This document shows, piece by piece, positions 10,201 to 19,307 of a stretch of 61,000 nucleotides of DNA. The position numbers were made by a program, and so were the translations under genes. The stretch's first letter is position 1. Every line of letters begins with the position of its first letter. The DNA comes from Bacteroidales bacterium (GTDB lineage Bacteria > Bacteroidota > Bacteroidia > Bacteroidales > PUMT01). Location of the stretch: NCBI GenBank assembly GCA_007132225.1, contig SLPB01000061.1:1-61000 (forward strand), in the 5' to 3' direction. A model generated the notes under the pieces. It had not been told where the DNA came from. It saw only the letters and a list, made by a program, of their open reading frames with translations, and searched no databases.

Positions 10201-11513
10201 CATCAGGTGTTTGGAAGGATTTTTACCGCAAGGTCCTCGGAGAGGATTATGTGAAAACACAACACTTGTCCGCAACCTGGAAACCTGTTCTAAAAGCAGA
10301 TGATTCAGAAATCTGGAAGATCCGTCAATTACTTCGCAGGAACATGATTGATTATATAATGGAGCGAACCCGTGAAATATGGATAAAAAAACATGAAAGT
10401 CCGCGTTATTTTCTCAACATAAGGGAAAGGCTTAATCCTGAATACCTGACTATTGGGTTTGCCCGGCGTTTTGCTACATACAAAAGGGCCCAACTTCTTT
10501 TCAGGGATATCGAAAGACTCTCTGCCATAGTCAATCATTCCGAAAGACCGGTTCAATTCCTCTTTGCAGGCAAGGCCCATCCCAACGATAAACTGGGACA
10601 GGACCTTATGAAGTATATCGTGGGAATATCCAAAAGGCAGGAATTTTCCGGGAAGATAATTTTTCTTCAAAACTACGATATGGATTTGGCCAAGGTGCTG
10701 GTAAAGGGTGTGGATGTATGGCTAAATACACCTACACGTCCGCTCGAAGCCTCGGGAACAAGCGGCATAAAAGCTGTTATGAACGGCGTGCTTAATTTCA
10801 GTGTCCTTGACGGATGGTGGTTAGAAGGATACCGATCCGGTTCAGGCTGGGCACTTCCGGAAGAAAGGATATATGATAATCAGGAATTCCAGGATGAACT
10901 CGATGCAGATACCATCTATAATATAATTGAAGAAGAGATAGCTCCGGCCTTTTATAATCGAAATAGCAAGGGTGTGCCCGAAAAGTGGGTGCAGATGATT
11001 AAAAATTCGATAAGCGGCATTGCTCCCATGTTTACTATGCGGCGGATGCTGAACGATTATATTAAAAAGTTTTATAACAAACAGAGCAGGCGGTTACTTA
11101 GAATGAAGGAGAATGATTTTGCACTTGCCAGGCAGCTGTCATCCTGGAAAAGCCGGTTTTGCCTTAACTGGGATAGCATTGAAGTTGTTAGCCTGACCTA
11201 TCCTGAAACTGATGGTAAAGTTTTAATGATAGGACACGAACTCAGCGGTGAGCTTGTGCTTGATCTTAAGGATATTCACGCTGCTTCAGTCGGTGTGGAG
11301 CAGGTGGTGGCAGATATTCATCCCGTTAGTGGTGAGACAAATATTCAGGATGTACAGGAACTTCAGATAATTAGGAGCCATGGCAGTATTGTTCATTACC
11401 GGGTGCAGATATATCCTACACGTGCCGGGGCTTTTCATTATGGCATACGAATCTATCCAAAACATCCTGAACTGCCTCACAGGCAGGATATGGGTTTTGT
11501 GAAATGGATATAG
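7266..11513 (+). CDS. glgP: Fused GT3 glycogen synthase (N-terminal, ~aa 1-545) and GT35 alpha-glucan phosphorylase (C-terminal)
   Basis: GT3 motifs FEVSWEVCNKVG, HFHEW, GRYEMKNKG and PSYYEPWGY. GT35 motifs YFSMEYG, YSGGLGVLAGD, HCNEGH, FARRFATYKR and EASGTSGIK (PLP lysine). One uninterrupted ORF. Confidence 0.93.
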   Translation: MQETLNLPDYLFEVSWEVCNKVGSIHTLLSTKAGFLQKKLNNNYILIGPDVWRGESEHPEFIEDKELFAAWRQAAAMDGLRIRTGRWNVEGQPLAIIIDFTPFISQKDQIFRQMWDRFKLDSISGQWNYVEPVLFGYAVGLLIESFVKFNVPSGERALAHFHEWMTGSGILYLRDQVPAVTTVFTVHATVMGRTLACNYQPLYRDFEKFDAEARAREFNVVSKLSLEKLSAENADLFTAVSEQTVRECRHFLGKEADILTPNGIEDYLLVAGDQFESKRSSSREKLKKVSAALLDKAPDDDVMFVANSGRYEMKNKGIDVFIYSLAALKNNPALKKEVIAFIMVPANQIGPRRDLIDFLEGNTGHPGAAGKVLTHYLHDQDYDPVVQKLQAAGLNNDPADKVKVIFIPCYLNGNDGIFNVPYHDLLAGMDITVFPSYYEPWGYAPMESIALRIPTITTSLNGYGLWVNEHFHGEKSSIDIITRDEDNFQQVVDLISEKLAAFSALNDSEIDVIKQNAGEISKITLWKNFIVHYYSAYELALKKSEPRVTGLPPTEITEAVAPVYKVSKVHEPKWKTILVHKNIPSRLTALEQISGNLWWSWNERAAELFSSIDRELWNETGCNPVYFLEKVSYTRFMELEKDEAFLSEMDEVYDVFQKYLKEPFREGSQVAYFSMEYGLHSSIPIYSGGLGVLAGDYLKEASDSKVDMVAVGLLYKYGYFKQQLAAGGEQIATYEPTNFAHLPARIVRNDDGDPLTISIAFPGRKVKARIWRIDVGRIPLFLLDTDIEDNQDHDRSITHHLYGGDWENRFKQEMLLGIGGIRALKVMDVDPHLFHCNEGHAAFIGIERLNQYINEQKLIFSQALEVVRASTLFTTHTPVPAGHDSFDENLLRTYIAHYPVRLNISWTQFMNLGKIHPEDPNENFSMSYLAANLSQEINGVSRLHGKVSRHIFNDLWKGYLPGELHIDYVTNGIHHDTWTSGVWKDFYRKVLGEDYVKTQHLSATWKPVLKADDSEIWKIRQLLRRNMIDYIMERTREIWIKKHESPRYFLNIRERLNPEYLTIGFARRFATYKRAQLLFRDIERLSAIVNHSERPVQFLFAGKAHPNDKLGQDLMKYIVGISKRQEFSGKIIFLQNYDMDLAKVLVKGVDVWLNTPTRPLEASGTSGIKAVMNGVLNFSVLDGWWLEGYRSGSGWALPEERIYDNQEFQDELDADTIYNIIEEEIAPAFYNRNSKGVPEKWVQMIKNSISGIAPMFTMRRMLNDYIKKFYNKQSRRLLRMKENDFALARQLSSWKSRFCLNWDSIEVVSLTYPETDGKVLMIGHELSGELVLDLKDIHAASVGVEQVVADIHPVSGETNIQDVQELQIIRSHGSIVHYRVQIYPTRAGAFHYGIRIYPKHPELPHRQDMGFVKWI

Positions 11514-11555
11514 ATTTAGATATAAATACATTACAACATAATAATAACAGGCTTT

Positions 11556-12836
11556 ATGGATAATAAATCTGACAAGAATAAAATAAAGATGTCACGAAAG
11601 CAATTTTTGGGACGTTCTTTTATTGCCACCGCAGGTCTTACGGTCCTGCCCGGGTATACACTAAATAACATTGGCTCTGAAGGTACAGCTGTCAAATCTC
11701 ATGCCGGAGGAATTGGTGCCGGAGCTAAAGGAGCAAGTGTAATAAGTGGATTGGAAAACATAAATATTTATCATGATCCAAAATATTATGCGGCTTTTCC
11801 ATCAGTCATAAAAAATTCAAACGGAGAGATCCTGGTTGCATTCCGGAGAGCTCCGGATCGTAGAATTTTTAAAGAAGACGGTAACAGCCATGTTGACCCT
11901 AATAGTTATTTAGTAATTGTACGGTCAGGTGATAATGGTTTGTCGTGGACTAAAGAACCGGAGTTATTATATGCCCATGCATTCGGTGGCTCTCAGGACC
12001 CCTGCCTGCTCAGGCTCAAAGATGGCACTCTTATTTGTACCAGCTATGGATGGGCATTCGTCCAGGAGGAGGCAATAGAAAAATTAAAGAAACCGGTGTT
12101 CACAAACAGAAGGGGATCCATATTTCTTGGAGGCTATTTTTTGAGATCAACAAATAACGGGTCCTCCTGGGACGGACCTTTTTATCCTCCTAATATCCCT
12201 CCTGAAGTTAAGTATTCTGCTACCGGGGATCCCTTACCTGCATATAATCGCGGAGCCCTCTGGGAGGGTCGTGACGGCCGCATATTTTGGGTCGTAGCAG
12301 CTGGTAATGATCCTGATAATATAGGGAAAACTGCCAATTATTTGTTAATTTCTGAGGATAAAGGTTCCAGCTGGCACTATTCCTGCCCTGTGGCAGAGGA
12401 TGATAATGCTTCATTTAACGAGACTTCAATTTATGAAACTCCAAAAGGAGACCTGGTCGCATTTATCCGCACAGCCGGCTTAGAGGATCAGGCTTGCATT
12501 GCACGGTCAACTGACGGAGGAAAGACTTTTAAGCCATGGCAAAAAATGGGATTCCAGGGCCATCCTCTACAAGCATTAAGACTGCCGGATGACCGCGTAT
12601 TTTTAGTTTATGGTTACCGTCATGTTCCCTATGGTATAAGGGCACGTATACTGAACCCTGAATGCACTGATTATAAGACAGCTCCGGAAATAATCATAAG
12701 AACTGATGGCGGATCCCGTGATATCGGTTATCCTTGGGCCGTTATGCTGAGTGAGGACAGAGTACTTGTTACATATTATTTCAATATAGAAAACGGAACC
12801 CGCCATATAGCCGGATCTATTCTGAAAATTGGGTAA
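11556..12836 (+). CDS. Exported Asp-box (BNR) beta-propeller, sialidase/GH33-like
   Basis: Tat-like signal SRKQFL. Asp boxes SGDNGLSW, STNNGSSW, SEDKGSSW and STDGGKTF. C-terminal DIGYP. Confidence 0.75.
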   Translation: MDNKSDKNKIKMSRKQFLGRSFIATAGLTVLPGYTLNNIGSEGTAVKSHAGGIGAGAKGASVISGLENINIYHDPKYYAAFPSVIKNSNGEILVAFRRAPDRRIFKEDGNSHVDPNSYLVIVRSGDNGLSWTKEPELLYAHAFGGSQDPCLLRLKDGTLICTSYGWAFVQEEAIEKLKKPVFTNRRGSIFLGGYFLRSTNNGSSWDGPFYPPNIPPEVKYSATGDPLPAYNRGALWEGRDGRIFWVVAAGNDPDNIGKTANYLLISEDKGSSWHYSCPVAEDDNASFNETSIYETPKGDLVAFIRTAGLEDQACIARSTDGGKTFKPWQKMGFQGHPLQALRLPDDRVFLVYGYRHVPYGIRARILNPECTDYKTAPEIIIRTDGGSRDIGYPWAVMLSEDRVLVTYYFNIENGTRHIAGSILKIG

Positions 12837-12853
12837 TAAAATAATAAACCCGT

Positions 12854-12876
12854 TAACCTGGCAACAGGGTTATTTT
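12854..12876 (+). terminator. Possible terminator after the sialidase-like gene
   Basis: TAACCTG-GCAA-CAGGGTTA hairpin (GNRA loop) followed by TTTT. Confidence 0.4.
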
Positions 12877-13019
12877 GATGTAACAGTAATGTTGACCCAT
12901 GAGTTAACTATAATATTCTGACCTTGCATATACAATCCGGCAGTATATTCCAGATTAAAAGGGTGTATACCCGAACCTGCCATGATATACGGTTTTTAAT
13001 CGGAGAGCGGACTAACAGG

Positions 13020-16000
13020 TTAATTGTTGGTTATTTTACGAAATTCGCTCTCTATCTGGTTTAGCACGCTTTCAGGAACCATAAACTCCGGGGGGAGGTT
13101 ATGAATTCCCTGCTTCAGCGTGAAACCCATTACCTGGCTAAGCCAGGGTGAGCTGGTAAGTACAGGTAAATGGCGGTAAAGAATTTCACGTGATTCCCGG
13201 AATGCAAGGAGCTCACCTATAGTGTAATCAAGGCTGAAAATGGGTGAAGGTCCCTGGTCTTCTATGCCGGCAATGTCAACAAGCTCCTCAGAGTTATAGG
13301 CGAATGTATATATGCCAGAACCAAGACGAAGCAGTACATTTTCCCCCACCTTCACAATGTCTGTGATGGCCGGGTAACCTTCCGGGCTTTCACCGTTTAC
13401 AGTGATATCATCAATATTGGCATGGGGAAGGGTTACCCTGGCCGATGTGTTAGCCGGTATTTCAACAAGCAGGGTGAATTGATTTTCCTGGAACTCCCAG
13501 GATGATTCAATCCTGCCATGTATTGAATTAATTATGGATCTGGCATGGGACAATCCTCCCCCGGGCATAGGTTCTATAGCTATTTTCTTGTAAGCCGGGG
13601 AAAGGGGCTTGATCCCCGATACATTTTCATAGAGCCATTCTCCTATGGCTCCGTATGCATAGTGGTTAAAAGAGTTCATTCCTGCACTCTGGAATTCGCC
13701 GTCGGGTTTTATTCCGTCCCACCTCTCCCATATAGTTGTGGCTCCCATTGTAACAGGATAAAGCCATGAAGGGTGACTTTCCCTTATTAACAGTCCATAG
13801 GCTGTCTCATGATGACCGTAGCGGCTTAGAACAGGATTCAGCAGAGGTGTGCCCAGGAAACCTGTAGTGAGGTGCCGCCTGTTTTGCACGTCGGTAACAA
13901 GCCTTTCTACCGCTAACGGCTTAAGATCTTCGGGAAGAAGGTCAAAAGCCAGGGCAAGCAGGTATGATGTCTGGGTATCTGACATCACCCTTCCTCCCGG
14001 GGTAAGGTATTCATTACGGAAGGCGTATTTGATATTTTCAAACAGGCCGGTATATTCAATCACATCGTCTACTTTGCCAAGAATTCCTGCCGTTCTCCTG
14101 AGCAGATCGGTGGAATGGGCAAAGTACATTGTCCCTATCATATGAAAATCAGTGTATGCACCGGGATAGTGAGCGTTGCTTGATGTGCTGTATGAAAGCC
14201 AGTCGCCAAAGGAGTGATCAATATTCCATAAATAGGTTTTCTCATTGCTTGCTGCCCGCATTCTCATGTAGTTAACCCATGCTTTCATACTCTCATATTG
14301 TTTTTCCAGTATGCCTGTATCGCCATAATAACGGTAAAGGGACCAGGGAACGATCAGTGCCGCGTCAGCCCAGCCGGCAGATCCGTAGTGGTTTTTACCC
14401 AAAACATGTGGAACCACGTGGGGAACACTGCCAGCTTCATTCTGGTCAGCCTCCAGATCACCCAGCCATTTGGTAAGGAATGCGGCAGTATTCATGTTGA
14501 TATTTGCAGTATTGGCAAAAACCTGGATGTCGCCAGTCCACCCCATTCTTTCATCCCGTTGGGGACAGTCAGTGGGTACTTCAAGAAAGTTTCCCTTTTG
14601 TCCCCATACAATATTATGCTGAAGCTGGTTTACCAGCGAATGGGAACTCTGGAAATGGCCGGTAGGTTCCATTTCCGAATGTATAACCACGCCAGTGAGA
14701 TTATCCAGTGAAAGCTCACCCGGAAAACCTTCCACGGTGACATATCTGAAGCCTTGGAAAGTAAAGCGTGGCTCCCAGACTTCAACTTTCCCTCCCTTGA
14801 GTATATAGGTGTTTGTCTGATCCGCTGCTCTTAGATTATCGGTATAAAAATTGCCGTCCTTATCAAGCACTTCTGCATGCCTGAGGGTAACCCTGGTTCC
14901 TGACGGACCATGGACCTGCAGGCGTATCCATCCTATCATATTCTGCCCCATATCCACGACTCTGTCCCCTTCGGGAGTAGTAAAGATATCCACTGGTTTC
15001 AGCTCCTGTATTTTCAGCACAGAGGGCCCTTCCCGGGCAATAAGTTTATCTTTTCCATGATCTGTCAGAATAACTCCCTTCCAATTGCTGTCATCATACC
15101 CCGGCATTGTCCATCCTGTTTTTTCAAGCCTTGCATCATATGTCTCGCCATTATATATGTCTGATTTAAGTATAGGACCGGTTGATGATTTCCAGTGTTC
15201 ATCGGTTTTAAAGATCTCCTTGCTTCCGTCTTCATATGTAATTTCTATCTGTGCCAGAAGGGCAAGCTTATTGCCGTAATAGTTCCGCTGGTCACCCCAG
15301 CCTATAAACCCCCTGTACCATCCGTCTCCAAGGTAGACGGCAACAGCATTGATGCCTGATTTCAAATGACGGGTAATATCAAATGTCTGGTATTGCAATC
15401 TGTTATTATAACTGGTCCATCCGGGAGTGAATAACTCATTTCCTACACGGCGGTCGTTTATATACATTTCATATAATCCGTGAGAAGTAACATATGCCCT
15501 TGCAGATACTATTATTTTACTGGCTTCAAATTCAGACCTGAGCATTGGCGCGGGTCCCGACTTCTCAGGATCTTCATCCAGATCAGGCTCTATCCATAAT
15601 GCCTGCCAATCGTCAATTTCAAGTAATCCCATTTCCCAGAAGGAAATTTCACTCCAGGAAGAAACATTTTCATGATTATCCCAGATCCGGACTCTCCAGT
15701 AATATCGTTGTCCGGATTGCAGTTCAGGTCCACTGTAGGAATGATGAATTGAGATATCCGAATTCACTTTCTCTGTATCCCAAATCAGGTCACCGGCTTC
15801 AAGTGAATGCCTGCTAGAGGCAACTTGAATTTGCCAGGCTTTTTGAACTGTATTTTGCCTCCCTGCTTCAATAATCCAGGAAAATCGCGGACTTAAATTA
15901 TCTATACCTAAAGGATTGGTATAATAATCTGTTTTCAGGCTGGTAACAATTGTTGATTCCGGAGACTGGCCCGAAACAAAATAATTCCCCGTAACTGTTA

Positions 16001-16049
16001 GTGAAAAAAGTATCAGAATAAGATTCTGAATGGAGCGGCTAAGGATCAT
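13020..16049 (-). CDS. Alpha-L-rhamnosidase, GH78, secreted
   Basis: Signal peptide. Motifs NPLGID, DMGQNMIG, PRFTFQGFRY, PTDCPQRDERMGWTGD, ATTIWERW and SFNHYAYG. Confidence 0.93.
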   Translation of the reverse strand: MILSRSIQNLILILFSLTVTGNYFVSGQSPESTIVTSLKTDYYTNPLGIDNLSPRFSWIIEAGRQNTVQKAWQIQVASSRHSLEAGDLIWDTEKVNSDISIHHSYSGPELQSGQRYYWRVRIWDNHENVSSWSEISFWEMGLLEIDDWQALWIEPDLDEDPEKSGPAPMLRSEFEASKIIVSARAYVTSHGLYEMYINDRRVGNELFTPGWTSYNNRLQYQTFDITRHLKSGINAVAVYLGDGWYRGFIGWGDQRNYYGNKLALLAQIEITYEDGSKEIFKTDEHWKSSTGPILKSDIYNGETYDARLEKTGWTMPGYDDSNWKGVILTDHGKDKLIAREGPSVLKIQELKPVDIFTTPEGDRVVDMGQNMIGWIRLQVHGPSGTRVTLRHAEVLDKDGNFYTDNLRAADQTNTYILKGGKVEVWEPRFTFQGFRYVTVEGFPGELSLDNLTGVVIHSEMEPTGHFQSSHSLVNQLQHNIVWGQKGNFLEVPTDCPQRDERMGWTGDIQVFANTANINMNTAAFLTKWLGDLEADQNEAGSVPHVVPHVLGKNHYGSAGWADAALIVPWSLYRYYGDTGILEKQYESMKAWVNYMRMRAASNEKTYLWNIDHSFGDWLSYSTSSNAHYPGAYTDFHMIGTMYFAHSTDLLRRTAGILGKVDDVIEYTGLFENIKYAFRNEYLTPGGRVMSDTQTSYLLALAFDLLPEDLKPLAVERLVTDVQNRRHLTTGFLGTPLLNPVLSRYGHHETAYGLLIRESHPSWLYPVTMGATTIWERWDGIKPDGEFQSAGMNSFNHYAYGAIGEWLYENVSGIKPLSPAYKKIAIEPMPGGGLSHARSIINSIHGRIESSWEFQENQFTLLVEIPANTSARVTLPHANIDDITVNGESPEGYPAITDIVKVGENVLLRLGSGIYTFAYNSEELVDIAGIEDQGPSPIFSLDYTIGELLAFRESREILYRHLPVLTSSPWLSQVMGFTLKQGIHNLPPEFMVPESVLNQIESEFRKITNN

Positions 16050-16256
16050 ATTAATTGATTTTTTACTTTATGCGTTTAAAGGCTATAAATATACCTGATA
16101 GAAATCAGAATATCAAAAAAGTTAAATTATTTTATGGAACCGGGTTAGCCGCAGGGGTTTACACTGAAATAATCAGATTCCGGGGGCAGTTCATCAGTAT
16201 TGGATAAATTGGAAGATTCCGGTAAAAGTTTTTATATAATAATCGAAGTTATTATT

Positions 16257-16303
16257 TTTGATTGTACTATTATAAAAGTATATTGTAAGCTTAAAATTTA
16301 AGC
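16257..16303 (+). promoter_or_regulatory. Candidate araB promoter with overlapping palindrome
   Basis: TTTG(16257-60)-N18-TATATTGT(16279-86), a -7 variant, followed by GCTTAAA-A-TTTAAGC (16289-16303). Confidence 0.35.
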
Positions 16304-16392
16304 AGATGTTTTTTAAGTAATGCCTGAACCTGAGTTTATAAAGATGTTTTAAGTCAAAGGTTCAGTTATGAAAATTATAAATAATTGTTATT

Positions 16393-18060
16393 ATGGATAG
16401 ATATGTGATAGGGTTGGATTACGGGACCGATTCGGTCAGGGCTCTTGTGGTTAATGCCGATACGGGCCGGGAAGTTTCATCGGGAGTATGTTACTACCCC
16501 AGATGGAAAGAAAATCTGTATTGTGAACCTTCAAAAAATATGTTCCGTCAGCATCCGCTCGATTATGTTGAGGGTCTCGAGAATTCAGTCCGTGAAGCAT
16601 TAGCTGATCTTCCCGATAACGTAAGGCAGAATATCGTCGGCATATCGGTTGATACCACCGGGTCAACACCTGCAGCTGTAGATCGAACCGGAACACCATT
16701 GGCTCTGAAAGCCGAATTTGCGGATAATCCTAATGCGATGTTTGTATTGTGGAAGGATCATACTGCGGTAAAGGAGGCTGATGAAATAAATCGTCTTGCC
16801 AGAAATTGGGGTGGAACAGATTATACCAAATATGAAGGCGGGATCTATTCATCAGAATGGTTTTGGGCCAAATTGTTGCATGTTATGCGTGAGGATAATA
16901 AAGTGAGGGAGGCTGCATGGTCCTGGCTGGAACACTGTGACTGGATTCCTGCAATGCTTACCGGCAACCGTTCTGCCGATAAGATAAAACGGAGCCGGTG
17001 TGCTGCAGGACACAAGGCTATGTGGCATGCTGAATGGGACGGACTGCCTTCTGAGGAGTTCCTGGTAAAACTTGATCCTATGCTTGAAGGGTTACGCAGC
17101 AGATTATACAGGGAAACATATACAAGCGATACTGAAGTCGGTAAAATGGACAGGGAATGGGCGGAACGACTTGGCCTTCCTGAAAACATCAAAGTAGGAG
17201 CAGGCGCTTTTGATGCTCATCTCGGGGCAGTGGGAGGAGAGGTCAGACCTTATTATTTAAGCAAGGTAATGGGAACATCTACATGCGATATGGTTACAGC
17301 ACCTTCAGATGAGTTTGGGGATAAGCTTGTAGCGGGTATATGCGGACAGGTGGATGGATCAATTATTCCCGGGATGGTAGGACTTGAGGCTGGTCAGTCA
17401 GCTTTTGGAGATGTTTATGCATGGTTCAGGAACCTGCTTTTATGGCCTGTGAAAAATATATTGCAAAAGAGCAAAAACCTGACTTTCGAAGTAAAAAACA
17501 GGCTGCAGGATGAAATTACAGAAAACATGATTGAAGAGCTTTCAAAATCCGCAGCATCTATTGACCCTTCCGAATCCGGTTTGCTTGCTATTGATTGGCT
17601 TAACGGGAGGCGAACCCCCGATGCAAACCCACTGCTAAAAGGAGCTGTGACCGGAATAACACTGGGGACTGATGCACCTGCAATTTTCAGGGCACTTGTT
17701 GAGGCCACCGCCTTTGGCTCAAAAGTAATTATCGACAGGTTTATCGAAGAGGGTGTTAGAATAGATGGTGTTGTTGCCCTGGGTGGTGTGGCCAAAAAGT
17801 CTGAATTTGTCATGCAGATCGTTACTGATGTTTTAAATATGCCTGTTTCAGTTGTACGCAGTGAACAAACCTGTGCCCTGGGTTCAGCTATGGCTGCCTC
17901 TGTTGTTGCTGGTATACATGATAATTTTGAAACGGCACAGAATAAAATGGGCAGTGGTTTTGAGAAGGAATATCTTCCCCGGCCTGATTATGTTGCCAAA
18001 TATGAAGAACTTTACAAAAAGTACCTTCAGTTGGCCGAAAGTATTGAAAAAATGTATTAG
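16393..18060 (+). CDS. araB: L-ribulokinase (FGGY family)
   Basis: Motifs GLDYGTDSVR, LWKDHTA, YSSEWFWAK, CAAGHK, GLEAGQSAFGD and DWLNGRRTP. Confidence 0.93.
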   Translation: MDRYVIGLDYGTDSVRALVVNADTGREVSSGVCYYPRWKENLYCEPSKNMFRQHPLDYVEGLENSVREALADLPDNVRQNIVGISVDTTGSTPAAVDRTGTPLALKAEFADNPNAMFVLWKDHTAVKEADEINRLARNWGGTDYTKYEGGIYSSEWFWAKLLHVMREDNKVREAAWSWLEHCDWIPAMLTGNRSADKIKRSRCAAGHKAMWHAEWDGLPSEEFLVKLDPMLEGLRSRLYRETYTSDTEVGKMDREWAERLGLPENIKVGAGAFDAHLGAVGGEVRPYYLSKVMGTSTCDMVTAPSDEFGDKLVAGICGQVDGSIIPGMVGLEAGQSAFGDVYAWFRNLLLWPVKNILQKSKNLTFEVKNRLQDEITENMIEELSKSAASIDPSESGLLAIDWLNGRRTPDANPLLKGAVTGITLGTDAPAIFRALVEATAFGSKVIIDRFIEEGVRIDGVVALGGVAKKSEFVMQIVTDVLNMPVSVVRSEQTCALGSAMAASVVAGIHDNFETAQNKMGSGFEKEYLPRPDYVAKYEELYKKYLQLAESIEKMY

Positions 18061-18161
18061 AAGATTTTTATTTTCATTTTCCCGGCAATTTTTTTCAGTG
18101 TTTGAAATCTCACATGAATTCCATTCACTGATTGCTAAATTGATTAACCTGATTGTAACAC

Positions 18162-19103
18162 ATGGAAGTTCACTCTGGAACTCACCTCAAGCGATTGCAA
18201 AAACCTTCTGTTTCCATAGGGATCTTTGATGGTGTTCACAGGGGACATGCCGCACTTTTCAGCAAAGTTAACCAGAGGGCCACTGAAATGGGCGGAGAGT
18301 CTGCTATTGTCACCTTTTCGCCGCATCCCAGGATAGTTTTGGGCAAAAACAGTGATGACCTGAGATTTCTTACAACTCTTGAGGAAAAAATATCCCTTAT
18401 CCGCCTCAATGGTATCGATCACCTGTTTATAATTCCCTTCTCAAAGGAATTTGCGCAATTGCCTCCTTGCCGGTTCATTAAAATGTATCTGGTTGACCGG
18501 GTAGGATTAAGGCATCTTGTATTTGGCTTTGATCATCATTTCGGATACAGGCGTCAGGGTAGTTATGATAACCTTAGGAGTTGTGCAGACCTTTATGATT
18601 TTAGTATTGAACAGCTTGCTCCCGTTGTTGATGGGAAAACCCGGATCAGCTCAACAATTATACGTGAAGCACTTATACATGGAGATGTCCGGCTGGCAAA
18701 CCGGTTGTTATCATATCACTACAGCCTGGAGGGATTAGTTGTTGGAGGCAGCCAGGTTGGACGGGAGATAGGATTTCCTACTGCAAATGTTGAAACAGGT
18801 GATAAATTTAAACTAATACCCGCTGATGGTGTTTATGCGGTTAAGGTTACATTTGAAGAAACTGATTATATCGGGATGATGAACATAGGATTCAAACCGA
18901 CTGTAAACCAGAATGGCGGAGATAAGAGCCTGGAAGTTCATATAATTGATTTTGAAAAGGATATTTACAACAAGAATATTAAAATAAGCTTTGTCGATCG
19001 TATCCGGGAAGAAAGGCAGTTCAGCTCTGTTGAAAAATTAAGGAAACAGCTGGTTGAAGACAGAATTATTGCTGTGAAAATCCTTTCTCATAAATATTTC
19101 TGA
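18162..19103 (+). CDS. ribF: Bifunctional riboflavin kinase/FAD synthetase
   Basis: Motifs GIFDGVHRGH, TFSPHP, ISSTIIR, GREIGFPTAN and EVHI. Confidence 0.96.
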   Translation: MEVHSGTHLKRLQKPSVSIGIFDGVHRGHAALFSKVNQRATEMGGESAIVTFSPHPRIVLGKNSDDLRFLTTLEEKISLIRLNGIDHLFIIPFSKEFAQLPPCRFIKMYLVDRVGLRHLVFGFDHHFGYRRQGSYDNLRSCADLYDFSIEQLAPVVDGKTRISSTIIREALIHGDVRLANRLLSYHYSLEGLVVGGSQVGREIGFPTANVETGDKFKLIPADGVYAVKVTFEETDYIGMMNIGFKPTVNQNGGDKSLEVHIIDFEKDIYNKNIKISFVDRIREERQFSSVEKLRKQLVEDRIIAVKILSHKYF

Positions 19104-19220
19104 ATTTTTTTATCCCTGAGTATATGATGTTTGATGAACCGCTTCTCTTTAACATAAAATTTTTTCCATCTATATAAAATAGGTTAATAAAATTAATAAT
19201 CAATTAATTATCGCTGTAAG

Positions 19221-19307
19221 GTTATTCATATACAGAATTTCAAAGCCGATGGATCCCCCTGTTTTATATATGTTATTTTGTGAGACTTTAGTATCATGGG
19301 GATTCAT
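19221..19307. repeat. Dispersed ~87-bp intergenic repeat, copy A
   Basis: Aligns with 33371-33456: a 22-bp block at 19/22 identity, then a 59-bp unit ATGGATCCC...GGGATTCAT with self-complementary ends. Confidence 0.7.

Noticed and set aside
12964-12980. TGTATACCCGA, the reverse complement of TCGGGTATACA at 821-831
   Set aside because: An 11-bp match whose flanks align only weakly, so it could be chance.
19249-19307. 59-bp unit as an integron attC site
   Set aside because: Lacks RYYYAAC/GTTRRRY ends, and there is no cassette array or integrase.
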